Shown here piece after piece: positions 54,639 through 64,000 of a DNA stretch of 64,000 bases (position 1 is the first letter of the stretch; each line of letters opens with the position of its first letter). This DNA is from an uncultured Candidatus Binatia bacterium (GTDB lineage Bacteria; Desulfobacterota; Binatia; Bin18). Made by a program: the position numbers and the translations under genes. The notes beneath the pieces are model-generated. The model saw only the letters and a program-made list of their open reading frames with translations. It ran no database searches and was not told the DNA's origin. The stretch covers positions 3,206,288-3,270,287 of the forward strand of contig CBDEWE010000003.1 in assembly GCA_965243855.1 (NCBI GenBank), given 5' to 3'.

Positions 54639-55982
54639 ATGCTGTTTGGCTATTTTACTGAGCGGCCGTATCGGTGGGTCAACGAAGACGAGGTGCTTGA
54701 GCACCGGGGGTTCTTTGCCCTGCCCAACTCACGCTTTGACCGCGAAAAGGCGGCCGATGACTATAACTTCTTCCTGGACGAATACTGCTATGCCGAAGAA
54801 GTCGGTTTCGATGCGCTCATGTTGAACGAGCACCACGGCAATCCCTTCTGCATGGGCAGCGTCATGAATGTCGAAGCTTCCATCCTGGCGCGGATTACCA
54901 GCAAGGCCAAGATCGTTCTGATCGGCAACCCGTTGCCGGTACTGAAGCATCCGTTGCGGATGGCCGAAGAGTTGGCGGAAATCGATCTGATCTCGCGCGG
55001 TCGCCTCGTGACCGGCTGGGTGCGCGGAGCGGGCAGCGAACAGTTCTTTAATAATGCCAACCCGGCCTATAACCGGGAGATGTTCAACGAGGCTCACGAC
55101 TTCATTATCCAGGCCTGGACCAAGCCCGGTCCGTGGCGCTACGAGGGCAAGCATTTTCACTATCGCCATGTGAACCCGTGGGCACTGCCCTACCAGAAGC
55201 CGCATCCGCAAATGTGGATTCCTGGGGTGTTGAGCCCGGAGACGGTGCACTGGGCGGCCCAGCATAACTATCCCTATCTGGCCCTGGTGACCGCCCTGAG
55301 TCCCACCTGCGACCTGCTGGACTATTACGCCGATACCGCGGCCGAAAACGGCTATCAGGCCGGTACGGAAAATTTTGCCTATTTGATTGGCGTATTCTGC
55401 GCGGACACGGACGAAAAGGCGCAGGAGCTGGGCAAGGGATTTGTGTGGGGTGGCGGAGCCAGTGCGTTCTCCAGACCGGAACACACTCTACCGCCGGGTT
55501 ATAATTCCAAAAACGCCATCCGTCTGCTCGCCCAGCGTCCGAGCGGCGGCTGGGTCGGGGTTGATTCGGACCGACTCAAAGAGGCCCAGCAGGGCCGCAG
55601 GAAAAAGAAGAGTACAGACCTGAATGAGGTTCGCCAAAAGCTGGAGAAATCGTATAAGCGGGCTCAGGATGACTACCTGATGATCGTCGGCTCGCCCAAG
55701 ACGGTCATTGAAAAGATCAAGACCATGATCCGCGTGCTGCGGCCGGGAACATTCGCCTGTTTCCAGGTTCAAGGGCCCGTCGGCAACGAAGACCGGATGA
55801 ACAGCATCCGTCTGATGGGCCAGGAGGTCATTCCCGCAGTCAAAGAATACGCCAAGGAAATCGAGCTGGTCGATCAGTTCACCCGCGTACCGGGCTCGGT
55901 CAAACTCACGCCAGGAACAAAACGCATGCCAGTCGTGGACCGCACTCCGCTGGTAGACCTTGGCATGCAGCCGAAGGCGTAG
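54639..55982 (+). CDS. LLM-class flavin-dependent oxidoreductase (long form)
   Basis: 447 aa; ...VGFDALMLNEHHGNPFCMGSVMNV... LLM signature; RBS GGAAGGAG. Confidence 0.8.
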   Translation: MLFGYFTERPYRWVNEDEVLEHRGFFALPNSRFDREKAADDYNFFLDEYCYAEEVGFDALMLNEHHGNPFCMGSVMNVEASILARITSKAKIVLIGNPLPVLKHPLRMAEELAEIDLISRGRLVTGWVRGAGSEQFFNNANPAYNREMFNEAHDFIIQAWTKPGPWRYEGKHFHYRHVNPWALPYQKPHPQMWIPGVLSPETVHWAAQHNYPYLALVTALSPTCDLLDYYADTAAENGYQAGTENFAYLIGVFCADTDEKAQELGKGFVWGGGASAFSRPEHTLPPGYNSKNAIRLLAQRPSGGWVGVDSDRLKEAQQGRRKKKSTDLNEVRQKLEKSYKRAQDDYLMIVGSPKTVIEKIKTMIRVLRPGTFACFQVQGPVGNEDRMNSIRLMGQEVIPAVKEYAKEIELVDQFTRVPGSVKLTPGTKRMPVVDRTPLVDLGMQPKA

Positions 55983-56021
55983 GATGGATTTTCCCTCACC
56001 GACAGGGGAGCGGGCAACCAC

Positions 56022-56047
56022 AGGGGGTTGCCCCTACTCTATGCTGG
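56022..56047. repeat. 26-bp hairpin GGGCAACC-acagggg-GTTGCCCCTAC, copy 2
   Basis: Identical to 22277..22302; overlaps stop of the convergent amidohydrolase gene. Confidence 0.8.
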
Positions 56048-57229
56048 GGCCTCGTGCATCCGCCACGACTTTTTCCCTGCGGGTAGATTGAACAGCTTGG
56101 CGGCATTCTCCCGCATGATGTCCTGACGTTGCTCTTCCGTGATATGGGCCGCGTGGTCGGCCAGCAATTGCTGGGAGCGCGGCCAGGTGGAATCCGTATG
56201 CGGAAAATCACTGGCCCACAGCAACTGCTGGTGCGGCATGATATCGACCGCATGAAACGCGGTCGGATCGTCCTGAAAGGTCATCCAGACATTGCTCTTG
56301 ATATATTCGCTGGGCAGTTTTGACAGGCCGTCGATAATCCCGCCCTCGGCGTTAATCCTGGCGGCGTGGTCCATACGATACATATAGTGCGGCATCCAGC
56401 CGGCGTCGCCCTCGGCACACACGAGCTTCAGACGCGGATGACGCTCGAAAACCCCACCCAGGACCATGAGGCCGACCACATCCTGGACGGCCCGGATGAT
56501 GCCCAGAAAATTATTCATCTCATGACCTCGGTGCGGCATGTTCAGGCTGCCCTCGCGCGATGTCAGAATATGAAAACAGATGGGCAGTCCGAGGTCGGTT
56601 GCGCACTCCCACAGGGCGTCGTAGTCGGCGTGGTCATAGTCTTCGTAGATGGGCCGGCCGGGCATCATCATACCGACCATACCCATGTCCTTGGCGCGCC
56701 GGAAATCCTCAATCGCGCTGTCCACGCTCAAGACCGCGGTCTGCGCCAGACCCAGGATGCGGTTCGACGCTTCGCTGCACGTAGCCTGCAACCAGCGGTT
56801 ATAGGCCAGCATGCAGGCGTTCTTATAGTCCGGGTCGCGGTGCATACACAGGCCCATACCAATAGAGGCGTAGATGACCTCAGCCGCAATCCCATCCTCG
56901 TCCATATACGGAATCCGCGCGTGGCCGCCATAGGCTCCCTCGCGAATATCCGGGAACCTGATTTTTGCCGCCCGGTTGTTGCGTTCCGTGACCGTAAAGC
57001 CGGCACCGTCAATGAATCCCAGTTGAATCGGACGCTTCATGCCGTGGACGACAAAGGCGTCCGTACCATCCGGTTGCTCGACGATGCGCGGCGCGACGTC
57101 CCGGTATTTGGGTTCGATATAGTCGATATAACAATTGGCCGGCTCGCACACATGGCCGTCGGCTGAAATGATTCCTGCCGGTATCTCTTGCATCTTGCTC
57201 TCCGTTCCAGATCGGATTGGTCCTGACAT
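56039..57229 (-). CDS. amidohydrolase family 2 protein
   Basis: 396 aa; ...IISADGHVCEPANCYIDYIEPKY... typical Amidohydro_2 start (true start may be internal Met at 57193). Confidence 0.75.
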   Translation of the reverse strand: MSGPIRSGTESKMQEIPAGIISADGHVCEPANCYIDYIEPKYRDVAPRIVEQPDGTDAFVVHGMKRPIQLGFIDGAGFTVTERNNRAAKIRFPDIREGAYGGHARIPYMDEDGIAAEVIYASIGMGLCMHRDPDYKNACMLAYNRWLQATCSEASNRILGLAQTAVLSVDSAIEDFRRAKDMGMVGMMMPGRPIYEDYDHADYDALWECATDLGLPICFHILTSREGSLNMPHRGHEMNNFLGIIRAVQDVVGLMVLGGVFERHPRLKLVCAEGDAGWMPHYMYRMDHAARINAEGGIIDGLSKLPSEYIKSNVWMTFQDDPTAFHAVDIMPHQQLLWASDFPHTDSTWPRSQQLLADHAAHITEEQRQDIMRENAAKLFNLPAGKKSWRMHEAPA

Positions 57230-57345
57230 AAAAACGCTTGCGGCCCAGAGTACGGAAAGCGCGCCCTCTTTTCAAGAAAGCAGGAGAAACGGTGATTTCT
57301 ACAGGGACTTGTGGTAGGGGGGACACAACGTCAGAGGAGGGAGTC

Positions 57346-58623
57346 ATGCCAGCAACAACCAGCACACTCACCCAAGGACTCCGCGTCAGCATCATCGGGG
57401 GGTCGATTGCCGGCTGTACCACGGCAATCGAACTCCTGCGCTTAGGCTGCGAGGTGACGCTTTTAGAGCGCACGGGCGACACCCTGAAAGACAGGGGGGC
57501 GGGTATCGGCGTTCCACCCTCGGTCATGGACACTTTTATTGAACGCGACCTGGTCGATGCGGATACCCCCTTCTTCGCCGGTCATGCGTTCACGCGTATA
57601 TGGCGCACAACGAAAGAGCGGCGCTACGGCTATCTCGCCTGGGACCAGCCCGCAAATTTGGCTTTGCTCAACTGGGGTGGCTTGTATAGGAATCTTCGCA
57701 AACGCGTTCCGGACAGAGTGTATCACTCGGGGCAGCGCGCCGTGGCCCTGCACCAGCGATCCGATGGAACGGTTGAGGTGGAGTTGGCCGATGGCTCCAC
57801 GCATGCCTTTGACCTGGTAGTCTGTGCTGATGGCTACACTTCGCTCGGGCGGCGGACCCTCTTTCCCGATAGCACCCTGAGGTATGCCGGCTATGTCTTG
57901 TGGCGGGGCTTCCTGTCTGAAGAGGAACTTGAAGAATCACAGCCGCTCGAAAGCGGTGTTCGCTGTTTGGGCTATCCGGGCGGACACGGTATTTTTTATT
58001 TCGTGCCGGGTCTGGGCGGAGCGACCGCGCCGGGTCAGCGTCTGGTGAACTGGGGTCTGTATGTCCCGGTTGCCGCCTCCGCGCTGACCGATTTTCTGAC
58101 CGACAAGGACGGCAACGCGCACTCGGGCTCGCTCCCCCCCGGCGGTATGCCCCTGGTCACGGAAGCCGAGTTGAAACGGCGCGCCTACGAACGGCTGCCC
58201 GACTATTACGCCGAGATCGTCGATAAATGCCAGGACACATTTGCCTACGCCATTTATGATTGTGAAGTCCCAGCCTACCGTAAAGACCGGATCTGTTTGG
58301 TGGGCGACGCCGGGGCCTTCGCCCGCCCACATACGGCAGCCGGCGCGCTCAAGGGGATTAACGATGCCATCGCGCTGGGCGAAGCGCTCACGACTCATAG
58401 CTCATTGGAAGCGGCGCTCAGCCAGTGGGACACAACCCGGACCGATACGAACAACGACTTGGTGAGATTTGGCAACCAGCTCGGACGGGCGCTCGTCCTG
58501 GAAATTCCCGACTGGTCGCAGATGGACGCTCGGAGCATGGAGCAGTGGTTCACGTCGATCGTGACGATCAAGACCGAAGTCCTCGACCCCGACCTGCAGA
58601 GCGCAGACGACGCGCGGTTGTGA
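57346..58623 (+). CDS. FAD-dependent monooxygenase (FAD-binding, UbiH/salicylate-hydroxylase-like)
   Basis: 425 aa from ATG with RBS GAGGAGGGA; RVSIIGGSIAGCTTAIELLRLGCEVTLLER dinucleotide-binding motif; ...VGDAGAFARPH... FAD motif. Confidence 0.8.
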   Translation: MPATTSTLTQGLRVSIIGGSIAGCTTAIELLRLGCEVTLLERTGDTLKDRGAGIGVPPSVMDTFIERDLVDADTPFFAGHAFTRIWRTTKERRYGYLAWDQPANLALLNWGGLYRNLRKRVPDRVYHSGQRAVALHQRSDGTVEVELADGSTHAFDLVVCADGYTSLGRRTLFPDSTLRYAGYVLWRGFLSEEELEESQPLESGVRCLGYPGGHGIFYFVPGLGGATAPGQRLVNWGLYVPVAASALTDFLTDKDGNAHSGSLPPGGMPLVTEAELKRRAYERLPDYYAEIVDKCQDTFAYAIYDCEVPAYRKDRICLVGDAGAFARPHTAAGALKGINDAIALGEALTTHSSLEAALSQWDTTRTDTNNDLVRFGNQLGRALVLEIPDWSQMDARSMEQWFTSIVTIKTEVLDPDLQSADDARL

Positions 58624-58712
58624 CAAAATTCACGCGAAAGCGTTGATTTCCGGTATTGAGAAGGAGTAGAGAAGGAAGGAGAGACTGCAAGAGTTGGGTA
58701 AAGGAGGGTTTT

Positions 58713-58835
58713 ATGCTCACCATCCTTGCGATAACAGTTTCTTTTCTCGTCTTTTTGGTCCTCGTCGGCCTGCTCGCCCAACGGGCAGACCGGATACGGG
58801 ACGAGGACGCTCAGGGGGAAGCAGACAACCCCTAG
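58713..58835 (+). CDS. possible small membrane protein (40 aa)
   Basis: ATG 5 nt after strong RBS AAAGGAGGG; encodes MLTILAITVSFLVFLVLVGLLAQRADRIRDEDAQGEADNP (one TM helix + acidic tail); below ORF-track size cutoff. Confidence 0.3.
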   Translation: MLTILAITVSFLVFLVLVGLLAQRADRIRDEDAQGEADNP

Positions 58836-59113
58836 TCGCCACCGTAGCCTACTACACGTCGGGTGAGAAATCAGTGGTTCGCTTCGAGGTACAGCCCTCC
58901 CCCAGCATCGGGCGTGTGGAAAATCACGGCTGACTGTTCCGGTCCCAGCGCTTTCGTGCGGGTGCTGAAGACTACGGGTTTGTAGGTTGGCCGTCGTAAA
59001 ACAGCCTACCAAAGATATTTGTACGCTTGACTCTTTCCTTGAGAAAAGTGGATAACAACAAAGATCCAAACCGTCAGTAAGGCGTGTCAGTCAGAGAAAA
59101 GGGGGAACAATCT

Positions 59114-60274
59114 ATGTCAGCGACCGCGGAACGTGTACCAGAGGCAAACAGCATTTTTCAACAGGCCGTGGAAACCACGATCCAGGAAAACGGCGAGCTT
59201 GGGATGCAGGTCGCCGTGTATCTCGACGGCGAGCAGGTCGTGGATGTCTGGGGCGGTATTGCCGACGAGACCACTGGCCGGGCAGTCGATGGGGATACGC
59301 TCTTCCCCTCCTTCTCCGTCATCAAGGCGACCACGGCAACCGCGCTCCACCTCCAAGCCGAACGTGGCTTGATTGAGTATGATGCGCCTATTGCGCGCTA
59401 CTGGCCCGAGTTCGCGGCGCACGGTAAAGACACCGCAACCGTCCGGGATGCGCTGAGCCACCGCCTGGGAATTCCGTATATGCCCGAGGGCGTCACACCG
59501 GAACTCATGAGTAATTATGACTGGATGGTCGAGCAACTGGCAAATATGAAGCCTATCTTTACGGGTGGCACTCAGAATGCCTATATGTGCTACACCTTCG
59601 GCTGGGTCATTGCCGAGTGCGTGCGCCGGACCGATCCCAAGCACCGGCCCTACAGCACTTTCGTACAGGAAGAGATATGTGCGCCCCTTGGTATGACGGA
59701 TCTCTGGATCGGGATTCCTGAAGAAGCCGAATCGCGCGTGGCGCGGCTCAAGAACGCGCCTCCGCTGCCATTACCGGCAGATGCTCCGATCCTGCGTGCC
59801 ATGCCGCCTCAAGTCGGAGCGACTGAGGAGGTCTTTGGCCGTTCCGATATGCGACGCGGCTGCATTCCGGGTGCCCACGGCATCATGAACGCCCGCAGCT
59901 CGGCCCGGCTGTTTGCCATGCTGGCCAATGGTGGGGAACTGAACGGCGTTCGCTTACTGTCCGAAGAGCGGGTGAAGACATTCAGCACCCCGCGTCCGGA
60001 TACTGATCAGCCGGACACGGTACTGGGCATGGCGATCCGCATGGGTACCGCCGGGCTGTGGGTCGGTGGAGTAAAAGATCCCAAATACCCGTTCCGCCTT
60101 GCCGGTTTGAATCCACGTACGGTGTTCCATCCGGGCGCTGGCGGAGCGATTGCCTGGGCCGACCCGGACGCGCGTCTGGCGGTTGCGATCTGTCATAATC
60201 GCATGGTCCATAATCCCACGGTGACCTTCAAGCCCATTCAGACTGCGGTCGAGCAGGTCTTTGGGGTCGTGTAA
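59114..60274 (+). CDS. serine hydrolase, beta-lactamase-related (EstB-like esterase / penicillin-binding fold)
   Basis: ~386 aa; S-x-x-K motif in ...LFPSFSVIKATTA...; RBS AAAAGGGGGA before ATG 59114. Confidence 0.75.
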   Translation: MSATAERVPEANSIFQQAVETTIQENGELGMQVAVYLDGEQVVDVWGGIADETTGRAVDGDTLFPSFSVIKATTATALHLQAERGLIEYDAPIARYWPEFAAHGKDTATVRDALSHRLGIPYMPEGVTPELMSNYDWMVEQLANMKPIFTGGTQNAYMCYTFGWVIAECVRRTDPKHRPYSTFVQEEICAPLGMTDLWIGIPEEAESRVARLKNAPPLPLPADAPILRAMPPQVGATEEVFGRSDMRRGCIPGAHGIMNARSSARLFAMLANGGELNGVRLLSEERVKTFSTPRPDTDQPDTVLGMAIRMGTAGLWVGGVKDPKYPFRLAGLNPRTVFHPGAGGAIAWADPDARLAVAICHNRMVHNPTVTFKPIQTAVEQVFGVV

Positions 60275-60284
60275 GGAGGGCAGG

Positions 60285-60779
60285 ATGACGCTGCCGGATT
60301 CTGCAATCGTGCTTCAGCGTGGAGAGGGTGACTCGGTAGCCATTGGGACAGGCACCCGGTGTACATTCAAGGTCAGGGGGAAAGACACCGAGGGTCATTT
60401 TGGTCTGTTCGAGTATATAATGGAACCGGGGACTGAGGGACCGCGCCGCCATATTCACCGGCAGATGGCGGAAATATTCTACGTGGTCGAGGGCGCAATC
60501 GAACTCCTCGTCGGGGACGAGAAGATGACGGCCCAGGCCGGAACGACCGCCCTCGTCCCCAAGGAAGCGATACACGCCTTTTCCAACCCAGGCGCGCAGC
60601 GCTCCGTATTGTTGATTATGTTCTGTCCGGCCGACTCACGCGAGAAATACTTCGAGGGCCTGGCCGAACTCACCAAAGGCGGAAAACCGCCGGACCAACG
60701 CGCCCTCCTTGAGTTAATGCGCAAGTATGACACGGAGCCGGTGGCGGAACCGCTCTATGGGGAAACGGAGACACCGTAA
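60285..60779 (+). CDS. cupin domain protein
   Basis: ~164 aa from ATG with RBS AAGGAGGG; ...GHFGLFEYIMEPGTEGPRRHIH...GTTALVPKEAIHAF cupin motifs. Confidence 0.7.
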   Translation: MTLPDSAIVLQRGEGDSVAIGTGTRCTFKVRGKDTEGHFGLFEYIMEPGTEGPRRHIHRQMAEIFYVVEGAIELLVGDEKMTAQAGTTALVPKEAIHAFSNPGAQRSVLLIMFCPADSREKYFEGLAELTKGGKPPDQRALLELMRKYDTEPVAEPLYGETETP

Positions 60780-60855
60780 ACGGTCTGCGGCTCACACCCA
60801 AACAGACTGACAACACACCCTTTCGATTCGGCGAAAGGGTCTTTCATTGCGATGA

Positions 60856-61119
60856 CTAGGCCCATGGATTGGTTGGAGGTCGGTCGGCTCGATTGATCCG
60901 ATCGAGATCGTCCGCGAAGCGATCATCGCTTGGCTCGGTTCCAACCCAGACGCTAAACGCTTCGCGCAACGTTGTGTCTGAATGCGACGGAAGGGGCGAG
61001 AGCTTGGCCACAGCCTCACCGTTTCGTTCAACGACGAAAACGTCCCTGCGGTATCGAACCTTGCCCAGGATGTCTCCCAACCTCTGAGCTAACTCCGTTG
61101 CGCTGACCTTGGTTTGCAT
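60856..61119 (-). CDS. Phd/YefM-like antitoxin, apparently without a cognate toxin
   Basis: 87 aa; MQTKVSATELAQRLGDILGKVRYRRDVFVVERNGEAVAKL matches Phd/YefM N-terminal fold. Confidence 0.55.
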   Translation of the reverse strand: MQTKVSATELAQRLGDILGKVRYRRDVFVVERNGEAVAKLSPLPSHSDTTLREAFSVWVGTEPSDDRFADDLDRINRADRPPTNPWA

Positions 61120-61336
61120 AGGTACAGATTACGCACAAATATGTATTTCATGGAAGAGGAAGAGGTCTGTTGAAATCTACCTTCAACTTGACAGATCACC
61201 TGACCTGATTAGGATTTTCCCATGAAGACAAGGCTCGTGTCTGAATTCGAAGCGAAGCGTATAGCCGCACTCAAGGAAGAGCATCCCCGGCTCTACACGC
61301 CTTGAGCGTCACACCACGCTGGGCTAACGTGTCGGC

Positions 61337-62956
61337 ATGAACGCCCAACAGGAATATCAGCCGCACGAGACGCTCACCTTCGATAATCGCTTTACACGGG
61401 AACTGCCTGCCGACCCTGAAATCGGAAACACCCGCCGTCAGGTCTCCCGGGCGTGTTATTCCCGTGTCCAGCCGACAAAAGTTGCCCAACCCCAGTTGGT
61501 TGCCTATGCGTGTGAAGTGGCCGAGGAATTGGGCTTTTCTCGCGCGTTTTGCGAGTCAGACGATTTCCCCCATATCTTCTCGGGGAATCGGGTGCTGGAC
61601 GGCATGGACCCCTACGCGATGTGTTACGGCGGCCATCAGTTCGGCAACTGGGCCGGGCAGCTTGGGGACGGCCGGGCCATTAATCTGGGCGAGATCATCG
61701 GTCCGACCGGAAAACGCTGGGTGGTCCAACTCAAAGGGGCTGGCCTGACACCCTATTCGCGGAGTGCGGATGGACTGGCCGTCCTGCGCTCGTCCATCCG
61801 TGAGTTCTTGTGCAGCGAAGCCATGTACCACCTCGGTGTCCCGACCACCCGCGCGCTCAGCCTGGTCTCGACTGGTGAACACGTCATCCGCGATATGCTT
61901 TATGATGGTAACCCTAAACCCGAGCCGGGAGCCGTGGTATGTCGGGTCGCACCGTCTTTTGTGCGCTTTGGGAATTTTCAGATCTTTGCCGCCCGCGGAG
62001 AAATAGACGTCTTGCAGCAGTTGGTGGATTACACCATCCGGACCGACTTTCCTCACCTGGGCGAACCGTCCCGCGCGACCTATCTGGCCTGGTTCGAGGA
62101 GGTCTGCCGGACAACCGCCCAGATGATCGTACACTGGCTGCGGGTCGGCTTTGTCCACGGGGTGATGAACACGGATAATATGTCCATCCTGGGATTGACG
62201 ATTGACTACGGTCCGTACGGCTGGCTGGAAAACTATGACCCCAACTGGACGCCCAATACCACCGATGCCGCAAGTCATCGTTACGCCTTTGGCAAACAGC
62301 CCCAGATTGCCCATTGGAACTTGGTCCAGCTTGCCAACGCCCTCTACCCCCTGATTGAGCAGACGGAACCGCTGGTAGAGGCGCTGAACAGCTACGGGCA
62401 GGAGTTTGAGTCATGCTGGCAATCCACGATGGCCCACAAGCTGGGACTCCAAGCCTTCAAGCCCGACCTGGACGATGGCCTGATCACCGGTCTGCTGGAA
62501 ATTTTGCAACTGGCCGAGACGGACATGACCATCTTCTATCGGCGGCTGGCGAGCCTCGATCTCGACACTCAACCTGGAGACCGGATCGACGATGCCACTT
62601 TTATCGAACCGCTGTTGGACGCCTACTACGTCCCGGAACAGCTCACCCCGGAGACAACGGCCCGTATCGCTGCCTGGCTGCGCCGCTATCACGACCGTGT
62701 GAGGGAAGATGGAACGGATAACGAGACACGCCGGAAACGGATGAATACGGTCAACCCGAAATATGTGCTGCGCAACTACCTCGCCCAGCTCGCTATCGAC
62801 AAGGCCGAGCAGGGCGACCCCTCCATGGTGCACGACTTGCTGGAACTCCTCCGCCATCCCTATGATGAACAGCCTGACAAAGAGGCCTACGCCCAAAAAC
62901 GGCCCGACTGGGCCCGCCAACGCCCCGGCTGTTCCATGCTGTCGTGCAGTTCGTGA
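61337..62956 (+). CDS. selO: protein adenylyltransferase SelO (YdiU/UPF0061), Cys-type
   Basis: 539 aa; ...[14 protein letters not shown]...[24 protein letters not shown]... SelO kinase-fold signatures; C-terminus ...SCSS. Confidence 0.85.
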   Translation: [539 protein letters not shown]

Positions 62957-63068
62957 GCTTTAGCTAAATCCGAACAATGCACGCTAAACCATTTGGAAAC
63001 GATTTATAGACAACAGAGATATAACACGCGGAAATATAATACGTTGACCATTAAGCGAAAGCAGCGGC

Positions 63069-63398
63069 ATGTCCCTTCCAAACGCAGAGTACGCTGTAGT
63101 GGACATTCGTAAACTCCGTGACTACTGCTTAAGTCCCTTACACGACGAGGGGAAACATAAAGCGCGGTTGTTTGCTGCTCTGGGCCTCAACGCTAACGAC
63201 GCCGAGGCATTACGTGGCATCTTACTCCAGGTAGTCAAAGCCCACGAAGCACGGTTGGGACGCCGCGACGCGTATGGACAACGGTATATCGTAGATTTCT
63301 TTCTTGTGTGGCGTGGTAAACGAACCCTGGTCCGAAGTGGGTGGATTATCGAGCATGGGAGAGATATCCCCAGGCTCACGACGTGCTATCCTCTCTGA
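63069..63398 (+). CDS. DUF6883-like protein
   Basis: 109 aa; MSLPNAEYAVVDIRKLRDYCLSPLHDEGKHKARLFAALGL... matches DUF6883 pattern. Confidence 0.55.
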   Translation: MSLPNAEYAVVDIRKLRDYCLSPLHDEGKHKARLFAALGLNANDAEALRGILLQVVKAHEARLGRRDAYGQRYIVDFFLVWRGKRTLVRSGWIIEHGRDIPRLTTCYPL

Positions 63399-63414
63399 GA
63401 AAAAGAGGTGGACA

Positions 63415-63660
63415 ATGACAATCCCGATAAAATTGTTAGACGTAGTGGCCCTCACGATTGACTTGCCTGACTACAAGCTGTGGCGTGGGCAGGTGGGGAC
63501 GATTGTAGAGATTCTGGCAGATGGGGCAGCGTTTGAAGTCGAATTTTGTGACCGAGAGGGCCGGACATACGAGTCGGTGGGCCTTCGCCCGGATCAGATC
63601 ATGGTGTTACACTATGAGCCTTGGGCATCTCAACCACCCTCTGCGCCGGAGACCGCCTAG
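63415..63660 (+). CDS. DUF4926-like protein
   Basis: 81 aa from ATG with RBS AAGAGGTGGA; ...VVALTIDLPDYKLWRGQVGTIVEILADGAAFEVEF... matches DUF4926. Confidence 0.55.
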   Translation: MTIPIKLLDVVALTIDLPDYKLWRGQVGTIVEILADGAAFEVEFCDREGRTYESVGLRPDQIMVLHYEPWASQPPSAPETA

Positions 63661-63739
63661 AAGATTTGTGACACTCCCGAACAGCCTCGACTGCTCCGTT
63701 CGTGACAATGGCTCAAGAGAAATTCAGAAGGAGAGAGTA

Positions 63740-64000
63740 ATGGCACATCTGACAACCCTCCCGGCAACGGCGGACACCGCGGATATCCTCCCGATCATTG
63801 AAAAGGACGGGGCGGTTATCCTGAAGGATATGCTCACTCCTGCCGAGGTCGATCGGGTGCTGAGCGAAACCGGGCCGTATATCGAAGCCACGCGCAACGG
63901 CCAGGACCCTTTCGTCGGTCTCCGGACCACACGCACGGGCGCGCTGGTGGCCCGCTCGCCGGCGTGTCGAGACCTGGTGACCAATCAGTCGGTGCTCAAA
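63740..64000 (+). CDS. phytanoyl-CoA dioxygenase (PhyH)-like protein, 3' end beyond window
   Basis: ATG with RBS AAGGAGAGAG; MAHLTTLPATADTADILPIIEKDGAVILKDMLTPAEVDRVLSE... resembles PhyH-family N-termini; open to window end. Confidence 0.45.
   Translation, partial: MAHLTTLPATADTADILPIIEKDGAVILKDMLTPAEVDRVLSETGPYIEATRNGQDPFVGLRTTRTGALVARSPACRDLVTNQSVLK

Overview
This is a high-GC (about 60-62%) bacterial chromosomal segment dense with enzymes of an accessory or catabolic character. I found no rRNA, tRNA or CRISPR.

Walking through the window:

- 1-9.5 kb: a tandem array of four paralogous TonB-dependent outer-membrane receptors; the first is cut by the window edge.
- 9.5-16 kb: a lysylphosphatidylglycerol-synthase-like membrane protein, a 3-hydroxyisobutyrate dehydrogenase family reductase, ApaG, a HIT hydrolase, two SMP-30/gluconolactonase proteins, a crotonase and a pyridoxamine-5'-phosphate-oxidase-like protein.
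- 16.1-17.9 kb: a two-gene operon whose second gene carries an in-frame TGA followed by a bacterial-SECIS-like hairpin, so it is a candidate selenoprotein with a U-x-x-C motif. The operon is flanked by perfect 46-bp direct repeats.
- 18-19.6 kb: an AT-rich island and a frameshifted di-haem cytochrome c peroxidase-like gene.
- 20-33.4 kb: an MFS transporter, pterin-4a-carbinolamine dehydratase, CoA-transferase family III proteins (one an 800-aa tandem fusion), VOC proteins, a D-2-hydroxyacid dehydrogenase, two tandem SnoaL-like secreted paralogs, two amidohydrolases, a dienelactone hydrolase and a MaoC hot-dog pair.
- 33.4-64 kb: an MBL hydrolase, four LLM-class flavin oxidoreductases, HpaB-like and acyl-CoA-dehydrogenase-like monooxygenase oxygenase components, a CocE/NonD hydrolase, a DUF1329 protein, an SDR, a cupin, a serine hydrolase, an FAD monooxygenase, SelO, and several toxin-antitoxin-like genes (a HigB/HigA pair, lone HigA-like and Phd/YefM-like antitoxins, and a DUF6883/DUF4926 pair).

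Several families of intergenic repeats recur:

- a roughly 52-bp palindromic element in three promoter regions;
- a roughly 90-nt 3'-UTR element in two copies;
- terminator-like hairpins of the form CCCTCTCCC..GGGAGAGGG;
- an identical 26-bp hairpin at two sites.

All of this comes from reading the sequence by eye; no database searches were run.
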